Shown here: positions 17,713 through 26,944 of the stretch, one piece after another
How positions within the stretch are numbered: the stretch's first letter is position 1
Layout of the letters: each line of letters starts with the position of its first letter
Origin: a bacterium
Lineage (GTDB): Bacteria; Patescibacteriota; Minisyncoccia; UBA6257; WO2-44-18
Assembly (NCBI GenBank): GCA_030646995.1
Contig: JAUSKF010000005.1
Coordinates: 11,323 to 75,322 of the forward strand
Direction of reading: 5' to 3'
DNA length: 64,000 nt
The notes under the pieces: model-generated
The model's input: the letters and a program-made list of their open reading frames with translations, nothing else
The model's database searches: none
What the model was told of the DNA's origin: nothing
Position numbers and translations under genes: made by a program

Positions 17713-18929
17713 GATTTTTTAAAAGTTTTTATCACTATCTACTAGCATGGGCTGGCGCCCTGATTTACGGCTTCCCCTCGAGGAAGATTTTCGTTTTGGG
17801 AGTCACGGGCACTAAGGGTAAGTCCACCACGCTTGAGTTAATAAATTCCATTTTAGAATCGGCCGGCAAAAAGACCGCGTTGGTTTCTTCTATTCGTTTT
17901 AAAGTAGACGGCGAAACAATAAAAAATACTTCCGGCATGTCTATGCCGGGCCGTTTTGCTTTGCAGAGAGTTCTTTGGAGGGCGGTGCGCGCCGGATGCC
18001 AGTATGCTTTGGTGGAGGTCACTTCGCAGGGAATTCTTCAGCATCGTCATAGATTTATTGATTTTGATGCGGCACTGTTTACCAATCTTCAGCCGGAGCA
18101 TATTGAGGCGCATGGTTCGTTTGAGAAATATCGGGACGCGAAGGTGAGTTTTTTTGAAGATGTGGCGGAATATTCAAAAAAATCGGAGAAGCATTTTTTT
18201 ATCAACGAAGGTGATAAATCCGCCGAGTATTTCGCTGCTTGCGCAGATGAAAATTCGGAGGTGGTCTATTTTAGCAGGGAAGCGTTCATTCGAAGGGAGT
18301 TGGGGGGTGGGCACGAATCTATCGGAGATTGGCTTTCCGGAAATTTTAATCTGGAAAATGCCGCCGCCGCCACAGCTTTCGTTTCTTCCCGAGGAATAGG
18401 ATGGGATGAAACAAAAAAAGTATTCCAGAATTTTAGCGGCGTGCCTGGGCGGCTGGAGTACGTGCAAAAAGCCCCCTTCTCGGTAGTGATTGATTACGCG
18501 CACACTCCCGATAGTTTAGCGAAGGTCTATGAGAGTTTATCCGTAGGGTTGAGCAGTAGAAATAAAATGATTTGCGTTTTGGGAGCGGCGGGCGGCGGGC
18601 GGGATAAATGGAAACGGCCGGCAATGGGCAAGATTGCTTCCGAATACTGCGGCGTAGTAGTGCTGACTAATGAAGATCCTTATGATGAAAACCCGGAATC
18701 AATCATCAATGAGATAGCAGGGGGTTTTTCCCGCGCCGATTTCGACAAAAAAGAATTTTTGAAGATTTTAGATCGCCGCGAGGCAATCGCTAAAGCAATT
18801 TCTTTTGCTAAGAAGGGTGATGTGGTCGTGATGACCGGAAAGGGAAGTGAGGATTGGATACACGTAGCGCGTGGGAAGAAGATTCCGTGGAGTGAAAAGA
18901 AGGTAGTTGAGGAAATTTTGCGGGGCTAG
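17709..18929 (+). CDS. murE: Mur ligase, MurE-type
   Basis: GVTGTKGKST, EVTS, TNLQPEH, VPGRLE, DYAHTPD, GRDKWKRP, NEDP, GKG. Confidence 0.9.
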   Translation: MRFFKSFYHYLLAWAGALIYGFPSRKIFVLGVTGTKGKSTTLELINSILESAGKKTALVSSIRFKVDGETIKNTSGMSMPGRFALQRVLWRAVRAGCQYALVEVTSQGILQHRHRFIDFDAALFTNLQPEHIEAHGSFEKYRDAKVSFFEDVAEYSKKSEKHFFINEGDKSAEYFAACADENSEVVYFSREAFIRRELGGGHESIGDWLSGNFNLENAAAATAFVSSRGIGWDETKKVFQNFSGVPGRLEYVQKAPFSVVIDYAHTPDSLAKVYESLSVGLSSRNKMICVLGAAGGGRDKWKRPAMGKIASEYCGVVVLTNEDPYDENPESIINEIAGGFSRADFDKKEFLKILDRREAIAKAISFAKKGDVVVMTGKGSEDWIHVARGKKIPWSEKKVVEEILRG

Positions 18930-19035
18930 CCCCGAGACCACGAGATTACTAAGTTATTCTTCGTGGTTTTTCGTGGTTGATTTTTATTAAAGTTTGTATT
19001 ATTGTTCCACTCGGTCCGACTTAGGAGATAGAGGA

Positions 19036-19296
19036 ATGTGTCATCGATGTGTTGAGGCTCGGGAGTCAAAGCGTGCCGCAAAGATCCGGGCGAAAAAAGA
19101 GAACCCTGGCAAGCTGAAGCTACTGCGAGAGACGTTTGCCTACTTAGTTCACCTTGCGGAGTTGAACAGGCGCGATATTGATGATCTGTTGCTGGTGGCG
19201 GGGAAGATTCGTACTCACAAGGATTTCGTGAAGCAGCTGGCCTCCATGACGATTGATCCGGAAAAGCACCACCATAGCAAAACTTCTGGCTTTTAG
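19036..19296 (+). CDS. Orphan hypothetical protein (probable start 19036)
   Basis: AGGAG/GAGG SD before ATG; terminator AGCCCC-TTCG-GGGGCT-TTTT at 19295-19316. Confidence 0.65.
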   Translation: MCHRCVEARESKRAAKIRAKKENPGKLKLLRETFAYLVHLAELNRRDIDDLLLVAGKIRTHKDFVKQLASMTIDPEKHHHSKTSGF

Positions 19297-19321
19297 CCCC
19301 TTCGGGGGCTTTTTGTTATAT

Positions 19322-19390
19322 GTACCAGACTTATAGAACTTTTATAGAATGGTACGCGTACCAGACTTATAGAAATTTTGTGGAATGGTA
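19322..19390 (+). repeat. 36-bp tandem duplication
   Basis: GTACCAGACTTATAGAA... at 19322 and 19358. Confidence 0.9.
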
Positions 19391-19400
19391 TAATCAGGCA

Positions 19401-19958
19401 ATGATTAGCCAATTTCTTGACGGTTTAGTATTTAAAATTCAGCAGAAGCGAATTCGTAAATATTTGAATGAGCAAAAATTAACTTCCGCATCAGTGTTGG
19501 ATTTGGGCTGCGGTTATGGTTGGTATTCCCAATTGTTTGACGGACATTACACGGGGATTGATAATGACGCTGATCGGTTAGCGGTGGCACGGAAGAAGTA
19601 TGCGGATAAGAACTTTTTGGAGATGTCGGCTGACACCTTGGCGTTTCCTGGCCAGAGTTTTGATTTGGTTGTTAGTTTTCTGGTTCTGCATCATCTAACG
19701 AGCGATCAGCTTGAGAAAGCCATCAAAGAAGTAAAAAGGGTTTTGAGGCCCGGCGGAAGGTTTTTGGTGCTTGATCTAGTGGTTCCAGATAGATTATCGG
19801 CTTTGGTCCGACCACTGATGTGGTTGGATAACGCGGAGCGTAGAAAATCTTCGCAGTTAGCTGATCTTTTCCAAAAGTCAGGATTTCAAATCACCGAACA
19901 GAGCGAGAAGAGCCGCGGAATTTTCTCCACCGCATTTTTTGCTACAATAAAATCATGA
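19401..19958 (+). CDS. Class I SAM-dependent methyltransferase (probable start 19401)
   Basis: VLDLGCGYG, SFDLVVS, RVLRPGG; TATAAT just upstream. Confidence 0.9.
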   Translation: MISQFLDGLVFKIQQKRIRKYLNEQKLTSASVLDLGCGYGWYSQLFDGHYTGIDNDADRLAVARKKYADKNFLEMSADTLAFPGQSFDLVVSFLVLHHLTSDQLEKAIKEVKRVLRPGGRFLVLDLVVPDRLSALVRPLMWLDNAERRKSSQLADLFQKSGFQITEQSEKSRGIFSTAFFATIKS

Positions 19959-21304
19959 AACTTACTTTCCACGGCGCGACCAAGCAGGTTACCGGCTCCA
20001 ATTTTTTATTAGAATCTGATGGCCAGAAAATTTTAATTGATTGCGGTTTGAATCAAGGAGATAGCTTTGTTGAAAAACATAACTTCGAGCCATTTCCATA
20101 CAATGCGAAAGAAATTTCTGCTGTCTTGGTGACCCATCCGCACGTTGATCACGTTGGTCGGTTACCGAAGCTTTATAAAGATGGTTTTCGCGGGAAGGTT
20201 TATTCCACGCCGCCTTGCCGTGATGCCGCCCAGATACTACTCACCGACTCCGAGCATATTTTGATTCAGGAAGCCGAACGTTTTAAGCAGCCGGTAATTT
20301 ATGGCATTCGCGAAATTGAAGAGTTGATGACGCATTGGGAAGGAATTGAATATCATCAGCAGATTACTGTGGGTAATTTTAAAGCCACTTTTTATAACGC
20401 TGGTCACATTTTGGGCTCCAGTTTTATTTTAGTAGAGGCAGAGGGGAAGAGAATGATTTTTTCAGGAGACTTAGGGAACTCTCCGGCTCCGATGATCGGC
20501 AGGCGTGAGGATCCTCCGGCCGGCGTAGATTATTGTTTAGTTGAAGGGACTTATGGCAATCGGATCCATCCGCCGATGAGCGTTCGGAAAGGAATTCTAG
20601 AAGATATGATTGAAGACACAGTGAAGTCAGGTGGCGTCTTGATGATTCCGGCTTTCGCAATGGAGCGCACGCAAGAGTTGCTTTTTGAACTCAACGATTT
20701 AGTTGAGAGCGGCCGGATACCGAGCTTGCCGATTTTTGTGGATAGCCCGCTCGCTATTAAACTTACAGAGGTTTATAAAAAGCATTATAAATATTTTGAT
20801 GAAGATACTCAGAAAAAATTTCATTCCGGGGACGGTATATTTAATTTCCCGGGTTTGAAAATGACTTTAACTGTGGATGAATCGAAGGGGATTAACAAAG
20901 TTCCGGCACCGAAAGTGATTATCGCCGGGGCGGGCATGTCTAATGCCGGAAGAATTTTGCATCATGAAAAACTCTATCTTTCCGATCCGAACAGCACCAT
21001 ATTTATGGTTGGCTATCAGGCGGCGGGCTCATTAGGCCGAAAGATATTGGATGGTGAGAAAAAAGTGAAAGTTTTGGGAGAAGTAGTAAATGTGCGATGC
21101 AGGGTTGTGGTAGCAACTGCTTATTCTGCTCATGCCGACCAGCCCCAGCTTCTGGAGTGGCTCACACCTATGCGGGGAAAAATAAAAAAGGTTTTCGTGA
21201 TTCACTCCGAAGAGGAATCAGGCAAGGAATTAGTGCAAAAAATGAGAGATGAGTTGGCTATAGACGGAGAAGTGCCAGAGCCGAATTCTTCTGTTGAATT
21301 GTGA
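19955..21304 (+). CDS. MBL-fold beta-CASP RNA-processing hydrolase
   Basis: VTGS, THPHVDH, AGHILGS, FSGDLG, EGTYG, PAFAMERTQE, SAHAD. Confidence 0.93.
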   Translation: MKLTFHGATKQVTGSNFLLESDGQKILIDCGLNQGDSFVEKHNFEPFPYNAKEISAVLVTHPHVDHVGRLPKLYKDGFRGKVYSTPPCRDAAQILLTDSEHILIQEAERFKQPVIYGIREIEELMTHWEGIEYHQQITVGNFKATFYNAGHILGSSFILVEAEGKRMIFSGDLGNSPAPMIGRREDPPAGVDYCLVEGTYGNRIHPPMSVRKGILEDMIEDTVKSGGVLMIPAFAMERTQELLFELNDLVESGRIPSLPIFVDSPLAIKLTEVYKKHYKYFDEDTQKKFHSGDGIFNFPGLKMTLTVDESKGINKVPAPKVIIAGAGMSNAGRILHHEKLYLSDPNSTIFMVGYQAAGSLGRKILDGEKKVKVLGEVVNVRCRVVVATAYSAHADQPQLLEWLTPMRGKIKKVFVIHSEEESGKELVQKMRDELAIDGEVPEPNSSVEL

Positions 21305-21316
21305 TAATATTACCGT

Positions 21317-21904
21317 ATGGTCAGCCGTTTAAACCCTCGCCGGCATCTCAAATATAAAATTTGCGTCTCGGGAGCCGCCGAGACCGGGCATTGTGCTATT
21401 GATGCTTTAGAAAAGGCCGAGCAGATTGGTCGCGAGATTGCTAATGCCGGAATGGTTTTGGTGACCGGCGCGACCACCGGTATTCCATATTGGTCCGCCA
21501 AAGGTGCCAAAGAAGCGGGGGGGATAGTTATTGGGCTTTCTCCTGCCTCTTCCGAAGCCGCGCATATTAAATCCTACAAGCTTCCCACTGATTATCATGA
21601 TGTGATTGTGTATACCGGATTTGATTATTCAGGGCGCAATCTTTTATTGACCCGGTCTGCAGATGCGGTGATTACGATTTGCGGTCGCTTGGGAACGTTA
21701 AATGAATTCACAATCGCCTTTGAAGACCATAAGCCGATTGGCGTCTTGACGGGTACGGGTGGCATGGCGGATATGATTAAAGATATAGTGGATAAGTCGC
21801 ATCGGGGGCCGGGAAAGGTAATTTATGACCCCGACCCCAAGAGTTTAGTGGAGAAGCTTATCAAGATGATAGAAAAAGAGAAAGAAAATAATAAAAAAAT
21901 ATAA
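21317..21904 (+). CDS. LOG/SLOG family (TIGR00725-like) protein
   Basis: VSGAA, TGATTG, GRNLLL, GTLNEF. Confidence 0.85.
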   Translation: MVSRLNPRRHLKYKICVSGAAETGHCAIDALEKAEQIGREIANAGMVLVTGATTGIPYWSAKGAKEAGGIVIGLSPASSEAAHIKSYKLPTDYHDVIVYTGFDYSGRNLLLTRSADAVITICGRLGTLNEFTIAFEDHKPIGVLTGTGGMADMIKDIVDKSHRGPGKVIYDPDPKSLVEKLIKMIEKEKENNKKI

Positions 21905-21906
21905 AT

Positions 21907-22221
21907 ATGAAAAAGAAAGCTGTGAAGAAATCTAAAAAAGTAGTAAAAAAACCGGCTAAGGCGGTAAAAAAGATTAAAGCAGCCAAGTCAATCGGTGTGG
22001 TCACGCATTTTTACGGGGGCATAAAGGTGGCTATTGTTAAATTTAAAAAGCCGATGAAACAGGGCTCGGTAATCAAAATTAAAGGAGCCACTACTGATTT
22101 CGAACAGACGATAAAATCTATGCAGTATGATCATAAAGATATTGCCGTGGCCAAAAAAGGGCAGGAAGTCGGAATGAAAGTGAATAAAAAAGTGCGCGAT
22201 GGAGACGAAATCTTTGAGTAA
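21907..22221 (+). CDS. Small basic beta-barrel protein (translation elongation factor-like/U32 C-terminal-like)
   Basis: IGVVTHFY..IKVA, G.TTDFEQ, A.KGQEVGMK. Confidence 0.75.
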   Translation: MKKKAVKKSKKVVKKPAKAVKKIKAAKSIGVVTHFYGGIKVAIVKFKKPMKQGSVIKIKGATTDFEQTIKSMQYDHKDIAVAKKGQEVGMKVNKKVRDGDEIFE

Positions 22222-22703
22222 TGATCGAGCAATTACTATCTTCTGAATATTTAGAGATCTTCGGCCAGATCGCCTTGGCGACCCTGCTGGGGGCGCTGAT
22301 TGGAGTTGAGCGGGAACTAGCCAAGAAAAACGCCGGTATGCGCACTTTTGCTTTAGTGGCTTCTGGCTCCGCTATGTTTAGTATTATTTCCCAATTAGCT
22401 TTTGAGAATTTTGTCGGCTCCAGCTTCGACCCTTCTCGTATCGCCTCTCAAGTAGTGGTGGGCATCGGCTTCATCGGCGCCGGTTCAATTCTTTCTTCTC
22501 AAAACAAAGTTCGCGGTCTGACTACTGCCGCCGGTCTATGGGTTTCGGCCGCTATCGGTATGGCAGTAGCCTACAAGCTTTATTCGGTCGCGATTTTCGG
22601 TACCTTTGTGACGATTTTTATCTTAGTTTTCCTTTGGACTATCGAGCAGAAATTAATTAAGAAAATGGGAAGTTTGGCCGCGCATGACGTGGACGAGGAT
22701 TAA
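22221..22703 (+). CDS. MgtC/SapB family protein
   Basis: GVERE...AGMRTF, RIASQVVVGIGFIGAG, GLTTAAGLW. Confidence 0.93.
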   Translation: MIEQLLSSEYLEIFGQIALATLLGALIGVERELAKKNAGMRTFALVASGSAMFSIISQLAFENFVGSSFDPSRIASQVVVGIGFIGAGSILSSQNKVRGLTTAAGLWVSAAIGMAVAYKLYSVAIFGTFVTIFILVFLWTIEQKLIKKMGSLAAHDVDED

Positions 22704-23784
22704 GCAATTCTTTTTGCCGTTCGGCATATTGGCCGGCACGATTATCGGAGCCGGAGTTTTTTCCTTGCCTTATATTTTCCGGTTTTCCGGCATCAGCCTC
22801 GGGCTGATCTATCTAGTGATCGGGTCGGCGGCCTATATCGTGGTCTATCGGATGTACGCGGATATTGTGCGTGAAACCCCCGGCGACCACCGGTTCGTCG
22901 GATATAGCAGGATCTATCTGGGGAACCGGATTGGCTGGCTGGCCATACTGATGACGATTATTGAAAGTATCCTGGTACTTACTATCTATCTGGTTTTGTC
23001 GGAAAGTTTTGCCCATCTGCTTGTCCGCGCCGGCGCCGGAGTGGAGAAGATAATTATTTTCTGGTTTTTGGCGTCCGCGGCCATTTTATTGGGACTCAAA
23101 AAGATAGCGAAAATAGAACTGGCTATCACGTCCGGGATACTCGCCATTTTCGCCATTGTTTTTTTCTTCGGCGCTAAAAATATCGGGGCGCTTTCCGTTG
23201 TTGATATTGTTCCGGTTTGGGGAAATCTGTTCTGGCCATTGTCCGCGGTGCTATTCTCACTTTCCGGAAGGGTGGCCATCCCGGCAGTGGTTAAATTGGG
23301 TGGGCCAACGAACAAAGTAATTTTTTGGGGAGTTGCCGTTCCCGCTTTGGTTTACGGATTGTTCGCATTTAGCGTAATCGCTATTTCTCCAATCGTCACC
23401 GAAGACGCGGTCACCGGTTTGCGGGCGGGGATCCCTTACGCAGTTTCCTGGCTGGTAGGCGTGTTGGGAATTTTATCGCTGATCAGTTCTTACATTACGG
23501 TCGGGTATGATGTGGAAAAGAGTCTGGAATATGATCTCCGGACCCCTTATACTCTGCGCTTCGCGATGGTGATGTTTGGGCCCATTCTGCTTTATTTCGG
23601 AGGCCTGAAGGATTTTTTGTATCTGGTTGGTCTGACGGGAGGAATTTTCATAGCCCTGGAAAGTATTTTTATCGTTTGGATGTGGTTGAAAATGAAAGGC
23701 AGGAGAATGTCGGTGGGGGCGGCCGCTTTGATAGTTTTGTTTGCCGTGGCGCTTGGCTATGAGATACTTAAAGGACTACTTTAG
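22684..23784 (+). CDS. Aromatic amino acid permease family transporter
   Basis: GTIIGAGVFSLPY and ~10 TM segments. Confidence 0.85.
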   Translation: MTWTRIKQFFLPFGILAGTIIGAGVFSLPYIFRFSGISLGLIYLVIGSAAYIVVYRMYADIVRETPGDHRFVGYSRIYLGNRIGWLAILMTIIESILVLTIYLVLSESFAHLLVRAGAGVEKIIIFWFLASAAILLGLKKIAKIELAITSGILAIFAIVFFFGAKNIGALSVVDIVPVWGNLFWPLSAVLFSLSGRVAIPAVVKLGGPTNKVIFWGVAVPALVYGLFAFSVIAISPIVTEDAVTGLRAGIPYAVSWLVGVLGILSLISSYITVGYDVEKSLEYDLRTPYTLRFAMVMFGPILLYFGGLKDFLYLVGLTGGIFIALESIFIVWMWLKMKGRRMSVGAAALIVLFAVALGYEILKGLL

Positions 23785-23786
23785 GT

Positions 23787-24305
23787 ATGAAAAACTATAA
23801 CAACATCAAAGCCTCTCTTTCCCGAAGGGCCACTGAAGAATTTAAGGCTGTTGCCGGAGTAGTTTTGTGTAAAACTTGCGGAGCGGCGTATCACAAAAAA
23901 TCTTGGAGGCACGGAATTGAGAAATTTAATAAAGCGGAAACCGAGAGTATTTCGTCCGGGAAAAAAGATGTTCCTGTAAAATTTGCGCTTTGCCCAGCCT
24001 GTCAGATGATTAAAAATAGGCAGTACGAAGGGCGGATTACCATTAAAAATCTTCCTCAAGACTCAGAGCAATCACTGAAGGAATTGGTTGGGGGATTTGG
24101 GAAGCGCGCCTACGAACAGGACCCGATGCATCGCCTGATTGAGATGAAGAAAGATGGTAGTAATTGGGTTATTACTACCACCGAAAACGAGATGGCCAAT
24201 AAAATGGCTCACAAAATAAAGACTTCTTTCAGCCACGTAAAGTCCCGTACGCATTTTGCCGGCGATCCGAGCGATGTGGCAGAAATTACTATCGAATTTT
24301 CCTAA
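23787..24305 (+). CDS. BCAM0308/NMD3-like zinc-ribbon protein
   Basis: C..CGA.Y....W, CPAC, DPMHRL, ITTTENEMA. Confidence 0.75.
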   Translation: MKNYNNIKASLSRRATEEFKAVAGVVLCKTCGAAYHKKSWRHGIEKFNKAETESISSGKKDVPVKFALCPACQMIKNRQYEGRITIKNLPQDSEQSLKELVGGFGKRAYEQDPMHRLIEMKKDGSNWVITTTENEMANKMAHKIKTSFSHVKSRTHFAGDPSDVAEITIEFS

Positions 24306-25698
24306 GTATTCATTTTATATATTCCTAGCCTCGATTCCATTTGGGGCGAGGGTTTTAGTCTATCAATTCACGACGGGTTTTGATGAATATGAAACAATCT
24401 TCGTTTATTTGAGCGATATTTTAATGGTTTTGTTCCTGGTTGTCGCGGCGCAACATTCTAACATTCTGCAGAATGTTAGAATGTGGGCCGGGGAGAACAA
24501 AGCTCTTGGCGTATTTTTATTTTTCGTATTCTTGTCGGTATTCTGGGCGCTATCCCGCGAGATAGCACTTTATAATTTTGTTCGATTGGTTCTGCTCGCG
24601 ACCACAGCATTGGTTACGGCAAAGCTATTGTACGCCGGAGGCGGATCATTCTCCGAAGGAAAAACCAGAATAGTGAAATTTGAGGGGATTCTAGCGGTAT
24701 TAGCCGCGTCGTCAGTCGTCCAGTCGTTAGTTGGGATTATCCAGTTCATTAAGCAGGAAGGTCTGGGTCTGGCGCGTCTGGGTGAGCCGCTGATCGGGCC
24801 GAATGTCGGAGGGGCGGCAAAAATTATCGCTGAAGGCGGGAAGATCCTGCGGGCTTATGGCACACTTCCTCATCCAAACGTGCTGGCGGCCTTTTTAGTA
24901 ATCGGGTTGCTGGCAATATATTATTTCTGGCTTTGTCGGCCGAGCGAACTGGCCCCGTTAGAGGCCGCGCCCGCGCTTGCGCGCCCGAAGGGCCTTAGGG
25001 GCGGGCTGCCTCTAACGGGGTGGAATACTTTAGTTAGTGATGTTTTCTTTGGAGTAGGAATTTTTATAATTATTTTAGGACTCACCCTCGCTTTCTCCCG
25101 CGCGGCTTGGATTGTAGCCGACCTCGCTACGCTGGCGGTTTTGCTCCACGCTTTTATCTCTAGGAAGAATTGGATTCAGGCGGTCCGGCTGACTATTTTG
25201 TTGGCGGCAATTACGGTTATTTTATTTTCAGGATTCAAAAATTTTATTTTACCCCGTGCCCAGATTAGCCCCAACGAACCGGCGGTCACACAGAGAATCG
25301 GCTACAACGATATTGCCCGAGGCCTGATAAAAGATAATTTGTTGGGAGTAGGCGTCGGCAATCAGGTTTTGTATTCAGTGAAAAATAATATATATCAGCA
25401 GGCTGGCATGAATCAGGCGTGGCAATGGCAGCCAATCCATAATATTTATTTATTAATGGCTTCGGAGATTGGAATTTTGGGGTTAATTGCCTTTTTATTG
25501 TTTACCGGCAAACTTCTGATTTCTGTTGCCCCAGTCGTCAGTCGTCAGTCGTCAGTCGTCCCGTTTATAATGCTTTGCTCTTTGCTGGCGCTGGGTTTAT
25601 TTGACCACTTCCTCTGGACTCTCCAGCCGGGGAGGTTAATGTTGTGGTTGACGATTGGGCTGGTGATGGGTTTGAATATCACAAGTAAGCGCTCATAG
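24274..25698 (+). CDS. O-antigen ligase family membrane protein
   Basis: RAYGTLPHPNVLA, FSRAAW, GVGVGN, PIHNIYL...E.G; several in-frame palindromic inserts. Confidence 0.88.
   Translation: MWQKLLSNFPKYSFYIFLASIPFGARVLVYQFTTGFDEYETIFVYLSDILMVLFLVVAAQHSNILQNVRMWAGENKALGVFLFFVFLSVFWALSREIALYNFVRLVLLATTALVTAKLLYAGGGSFSEGKTRIVKFEGILAVLAASSVVQSLVGIIQFIKQEGLGLARLGEPLIGPNVGGAAKIIAEGGKILRAYGTLPHPNVLAAFLVIGLLAIYYFWLCRPSELAPLEAAPALARPKGLRGGLPLTGWNTLVSDVFFGVGIFIIILGLTLAFSRAAWIVADLATLAVLLHAFISRKNWIQAVRLTILLAAITVILFSGFKNFILPRAQISPNEPAVTQRIGYNDIARGLIKDNLLGVGVGNQVLYSVKNNIYQQAGMNQAWQWQPIHNIYLLMASEIGILGLIAFLLFTGKLLISVAPVVSRQSSVVPFIMLCSLLALGLFDHFLWTLQPGRLMLWLTIGLVMGLNITSKRS
24453..24484. repeat. Perfect 32-bp palindrome of inverted 8-mers, in frame (HSNILQNVRM)
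   Basis: ACATTCTAACATTCTG|CAGAATGTTAGAATGT. Confidence 0.9.
24953..25020. repeat. 68-bp MITE-like palindromic insertion in frame
   Basis: 13-bp terminal IR CCCCGTTAGAGGC/GCCTCTAACGGGG. Confidence 0.85.
25532..25559. repeat. Perfect (CAGTCGT)4 array in frame
   Basis: Encodes VVSRQSSVV. Confidence 0.9.
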
Positions 25699-25760
25699 CT
25701 CAATGGTTAGAGCACGGGCCTCCGAAGCTCGGGATTGTGGTTCGATTCCACATGAGCGCA
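25689..25760 (+). tRNA. tRNA-Arg(CCG)
   Basis: Cloverleaf GCGCTCA...TGAGCGC-A, anticodon loop CT-CCG-AA, GGTTCGATT T-arm. Confidence 0.93.
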
Positions 25761-25803
25761 CAATTTGTTATGTTGTTAGCAGTTCTTTCGAAGGAGGATT
25801 GCC

Positions 25804-26178
25804 GTGGCCACCACAGAAATTCTAAAGGGTGTCGTGGATCAATGGTATGAAACCGGCTCGGAGGGGGTTTGTTGGGTTTTTTACAAAGACGGAAAGAAAT
25901 CTTGGGGGAAGGCGGTCGAGTTTCTTGAAGGAGGAGACCGACTGAAGATTTTCGGCGAGGACGGGAAGGCTGTTGTTTTTGATGGGAAAATCGTTCCGAA
26001 CTATCGGATTGGCTGGAAGAAGTATCCGATGAACCCAAAACATGGTCAGCCATGCGCCTTGGGCTATTGGATACATTGGACGCAAAAAGGCTGGAAGCCC
26101 GACGACTGGGCAAGATTGTTCATCAGGACTCAAAACCAGAAACCGTTCCGCGCGGAGTTAATTAAAAAAGCGACATAA
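25804..26178 (+). CDS. Orphan hypothetical protein (Trp-rich)
   Basis: AAGGAGG SD before GTG; terminator 26178-26204. Confidence 0.75.
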   Translation: MATTEILKGVVDQWYETGSEGVCWVFYKDGKKSWGKAVEFLEGGDRLKIFGEDGKAVVFDGKIVPNYRIGWKKYPMNPKHGQPCALGYWIHWTQKGWKPDDWARLFIRTQNQKPFRAELIKKAT

Positions 26179-26253
26179 GCCCCGCCACAACGGGGCTTTT
26201 TTATTCGGCGGGTTTTGTGATATAAAGTAAGCGTTCTTTAAAGGAGGTAAGAA

Positions 26254-26889
26254 TTGACCGACCATCTCCCGAGGGGCGACCTCCGAGAGTATAGGAGTGA
26301 GTCGCGGCGCAAGTGGCTAATCTTGTGGATTATGTTGGCGGTCTTCGCGATGGAGTTGCTTGGCGGCTATTTTTCCCACAGCCTATCGCTACTCTCTGAC
26401 TCTTGGCACGTTCTTTTGGATGGCTTGGCGGTCTTGGTGGCGATTTGGATAGATTGGAAAGTTTCAAATAACCACGCAGCCGAAGATCGCTGGAGGACTC
26501 GCGGAGTGCGGGCGCAAGGATTTCTTTTGCTGATTATTGCCGGCTGGATTGCCATTGAGGCTTGGCGACGGATGTCAGGTCAAGAATCAATCGCCTCCAC
26601 CATGATGATTGTCGTAGCCTCCATCGGAATGATTGCAAATTATTTTCAGCACCGCATCCTCACGAAAGGGAAGGAAAATTCCACCCGCACAAGCTTAGAC
26701 GTCCACATTCTTTTTGATCTGGGCCAGAGCGCGGCGGTTGTGGTTGGCGGCATCCTGATTGCCATCAGCGGAATTCTGGCAATTGATTTGATTGTTTCCG
26801 GAATTCTGGCGACTATCATGATTATTTCCGGCCTGTTGATGTTTTTCATACCAAAACTGTTTGGCCATAACCATAAACATCATCATTAA
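26254..26889 (+). CDS. Cation diffusion facilitator (Zn/Co/Cd) transporter, no C-terminal cytoplasmic domain
   Basis: SLSLLSDSWHVLLD, HILFD, His-rich tail. Confidence 0.85.
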   Translation: MTDHLPRGDLREYRSESRRKWLILWIMLAVFAMELLGGYFSHSLSLLSDSWHVLLDGLAVLVAIWIDWKVSNNHAAEDRWRTRGVRAQGFLLLIIAGWIAIEAWRRMSGQESIASTMMIVVASIGMIANYFQHRILTKGKENSTRTSLDVHILFDLGQSAAVVVGGILIAISGILAIDLIVSGILATIMIISGLLMFFIPKLFGHNHKHHH

Positions 26890-26944
26890 AACTACTCGGT
26901 TGAGTAGTTTTTTTATTTTTCAGGAGATAGACTAAGATAATTCA

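Noticed and set aside
19322-19390. CRISPR array
   Set aside because: Only two adjacent 36-bp copies with no spacer, and no cas genes
25700-26113. ORFs overlapping tRNA/tmRNA genes (also 52657-52857, 52952-53167, 37092-37283)
   Set aside because: Overlap clear RNA genes and have no protein motifs
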